Of a stretch of 64,000 nucleotides of DNA, positions 62,801 to 64,000 are shown in pieces. Made by a program: the position numbers and the translations under genes. The notes beneath the pieces were generated by a model. That model saw only the letters and a list, made by a program, of their open reading frames with translations. It did no database searches and had not been told where the DNA came from. Each line of letters begins with the position of its first letter. The first letter of the stretch is position 1. The DNA lies in contig OZ059895.1 of the NCBI GenBank assembly GCA_964057225.1, positions 4,588,001 through 4,652,000 of the forward strand, written 5' to 3'. Source of the DNA: Auanema rhodensis. Lineage: Eukaryota > Animalia > Nematoda.

Positions 62801-64000
62801 GCATTTTCAAGCTAGCGCAAATCTGATAACACAGATCGACGCAGCTTAAAAATCCGCATCGAATGCACTATACTTCATTGAGAAACGCTTAATACAAAAA
62901 TTAGTTATGATCGTTTGAAAAATGATGCATTAGTGTATGTTGAGTTTCCATGTACACTCAACATTGCTTCCAAAAACATTTTGACAAAAATTTTTTCGAA
63001 AAATTTCAAAATAATTTAGCAAAAAGTAGATGTTTTTAGATTCCTTTTTTCAAGGCAAAGACGATGGACAATGTTATTCAACGAAAAAATTAATTCTTCA
63101 GGGTGAAAATCGAGGATATAAGTGTGAACTTATATCAGTTGATATCTCGGTGCATTTTCAAGCTAGCGCAAATCTGATAACACAGATCGACGCAGCTTAA
63201 AAATCCGCATCGAATGCACTATACTTCATTGAGAAACGCTTAATACAAAAATTAGTTATGATCGTTTGAAAAATGATGCATTAGTGTATGTTGAGTTTCC
63301 ATGTACACTCAACATTGCTTCCAAAAACATTTTGACAAAAATTTTTTCGAAAAATTTCAAAATAATTTAGCAAAAAGTAGATGTTTTTAGATTCCTTTTT
63401 TCAAGGCAAAGACGATGGACAATGTTATTCAACGAAAAAATTAATTCTTCAGGGTGAAAATCGAGGATATAAGTGTGAACTTATATCAGTTGATATCTCG
63501 GTGCATTTTCAAGCTAGCGCAAATCTGATAACACAGATCGACGCAGCTTAAAAATCCGCATCGAATGCACTATACTTCATTGAGAAACGCTTAATACAAA
63601 AATTAGTTATGATCGTTTGAAAAATGATGCATTAGTGTATGTTGAGTTTCCATGTACACTCAACATTGCTTCCAAAAACATTTTGACAAAAATTTTTTCG
63701 AAAAATTTCAAAATAATTTAGCAAAAAGTAGATGTTTTTAGATTCCTTTTTTCAAGGCAAAGACGATGGACAATGTTATTCAACGAAAAAATTAATTCTT
63801 CAGGGTGAAAATCGAGGATATAAGTGTGAACTTATATCAGTTGATATCTCGGTGCATTTTCAAGCTAGCGCAAATCTGATAACACAGATCGACGCAGCTT
63901 AAAAATCCGCATCGAATGCACTATACTTCATTGAGAAACGCTTAATACAAAAATTAGTTATGATCGTTTGAAAAATGATGCATTAGTGTATGTTGAGTTT
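8806..64000. repeat. 351-bp satellite DNA array, 157 complete monomers plus a 97-bp partial, running off the right edge
   Basis: AATCCGCATCGAATG recurs at 8806, 9157, 9508 ... 63904. 63904-8806 = 157x351 - 9, which matches nine monomers with a single-C deletion (GCTAGCGAAATC). Monomers differ by a few substitutions. No insertions, inversions or ORFs seen. Confidence 0.99.

Noticed and set aside
8806-64000. CRISPR array, or tandem 5S / spliced-leader / tRNA gene cluster
   Set aside because: Whole monomers are near-identical with no unique spacers. No SL1 leader (GGTTTAATTACCCAAGTTTGAG), 5S sequence or tRNA cloverleaf was recognised.
8806-64000. Germline-restricted (programmed elimination) or centromeric function of the satellite
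   Set aside because: Plausible in some nematodes, but nothing in the sequence supports it: no telomeric repeats or recognisable break motif. It would need soma versus germline coverage or ChIP data.

Overview
Eukaryotic DNA, probably nematode (TTTCAG-type acceptors, putative 33-48 nt introns), made of three abutting units that look nested. (1) 1-6597 is the right-hand part of a Maverick/Polinton. It carries a 5'-truncated C2H2 zinc-finger ORF, a frameshifted minor capsid (PX) gene, a packaging ATPase, two conserved Polinton ORFs, a DDE integrase with a C-terminal chromodomain and a spliced accessory gene that the ORF track does not resolve. An AT-rich spacer follows, then a terminal region ending ...CTCTCTACT at 6597. 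(2) 6598-8805 is the 5' half of a DIRS/PAT-type retrotransposon on the minus strand (gag-like region plus RT), cut by the Maverick just before the expected RNase H motif. (3) 8806-64000 is an uninterrupted, dyad-rich 351-bp satellite: 157 full monomers plus a 97-bp partial, with 9 net 1-bp deletions. It has regional variant domains and marker recurrences at 2, 4, 5, 7, 8, 9, 11, 16 and 20 monomers. Most interesting are the nested satellite/DIRS/Maverick architecture with testable junction predictions and the intron-containing Maverick gene with a D-box, CDK sites and a Cys cluster behind a duplicated E2F-like motif. All family assignments rest on motif recognition by eye; no searches were run.
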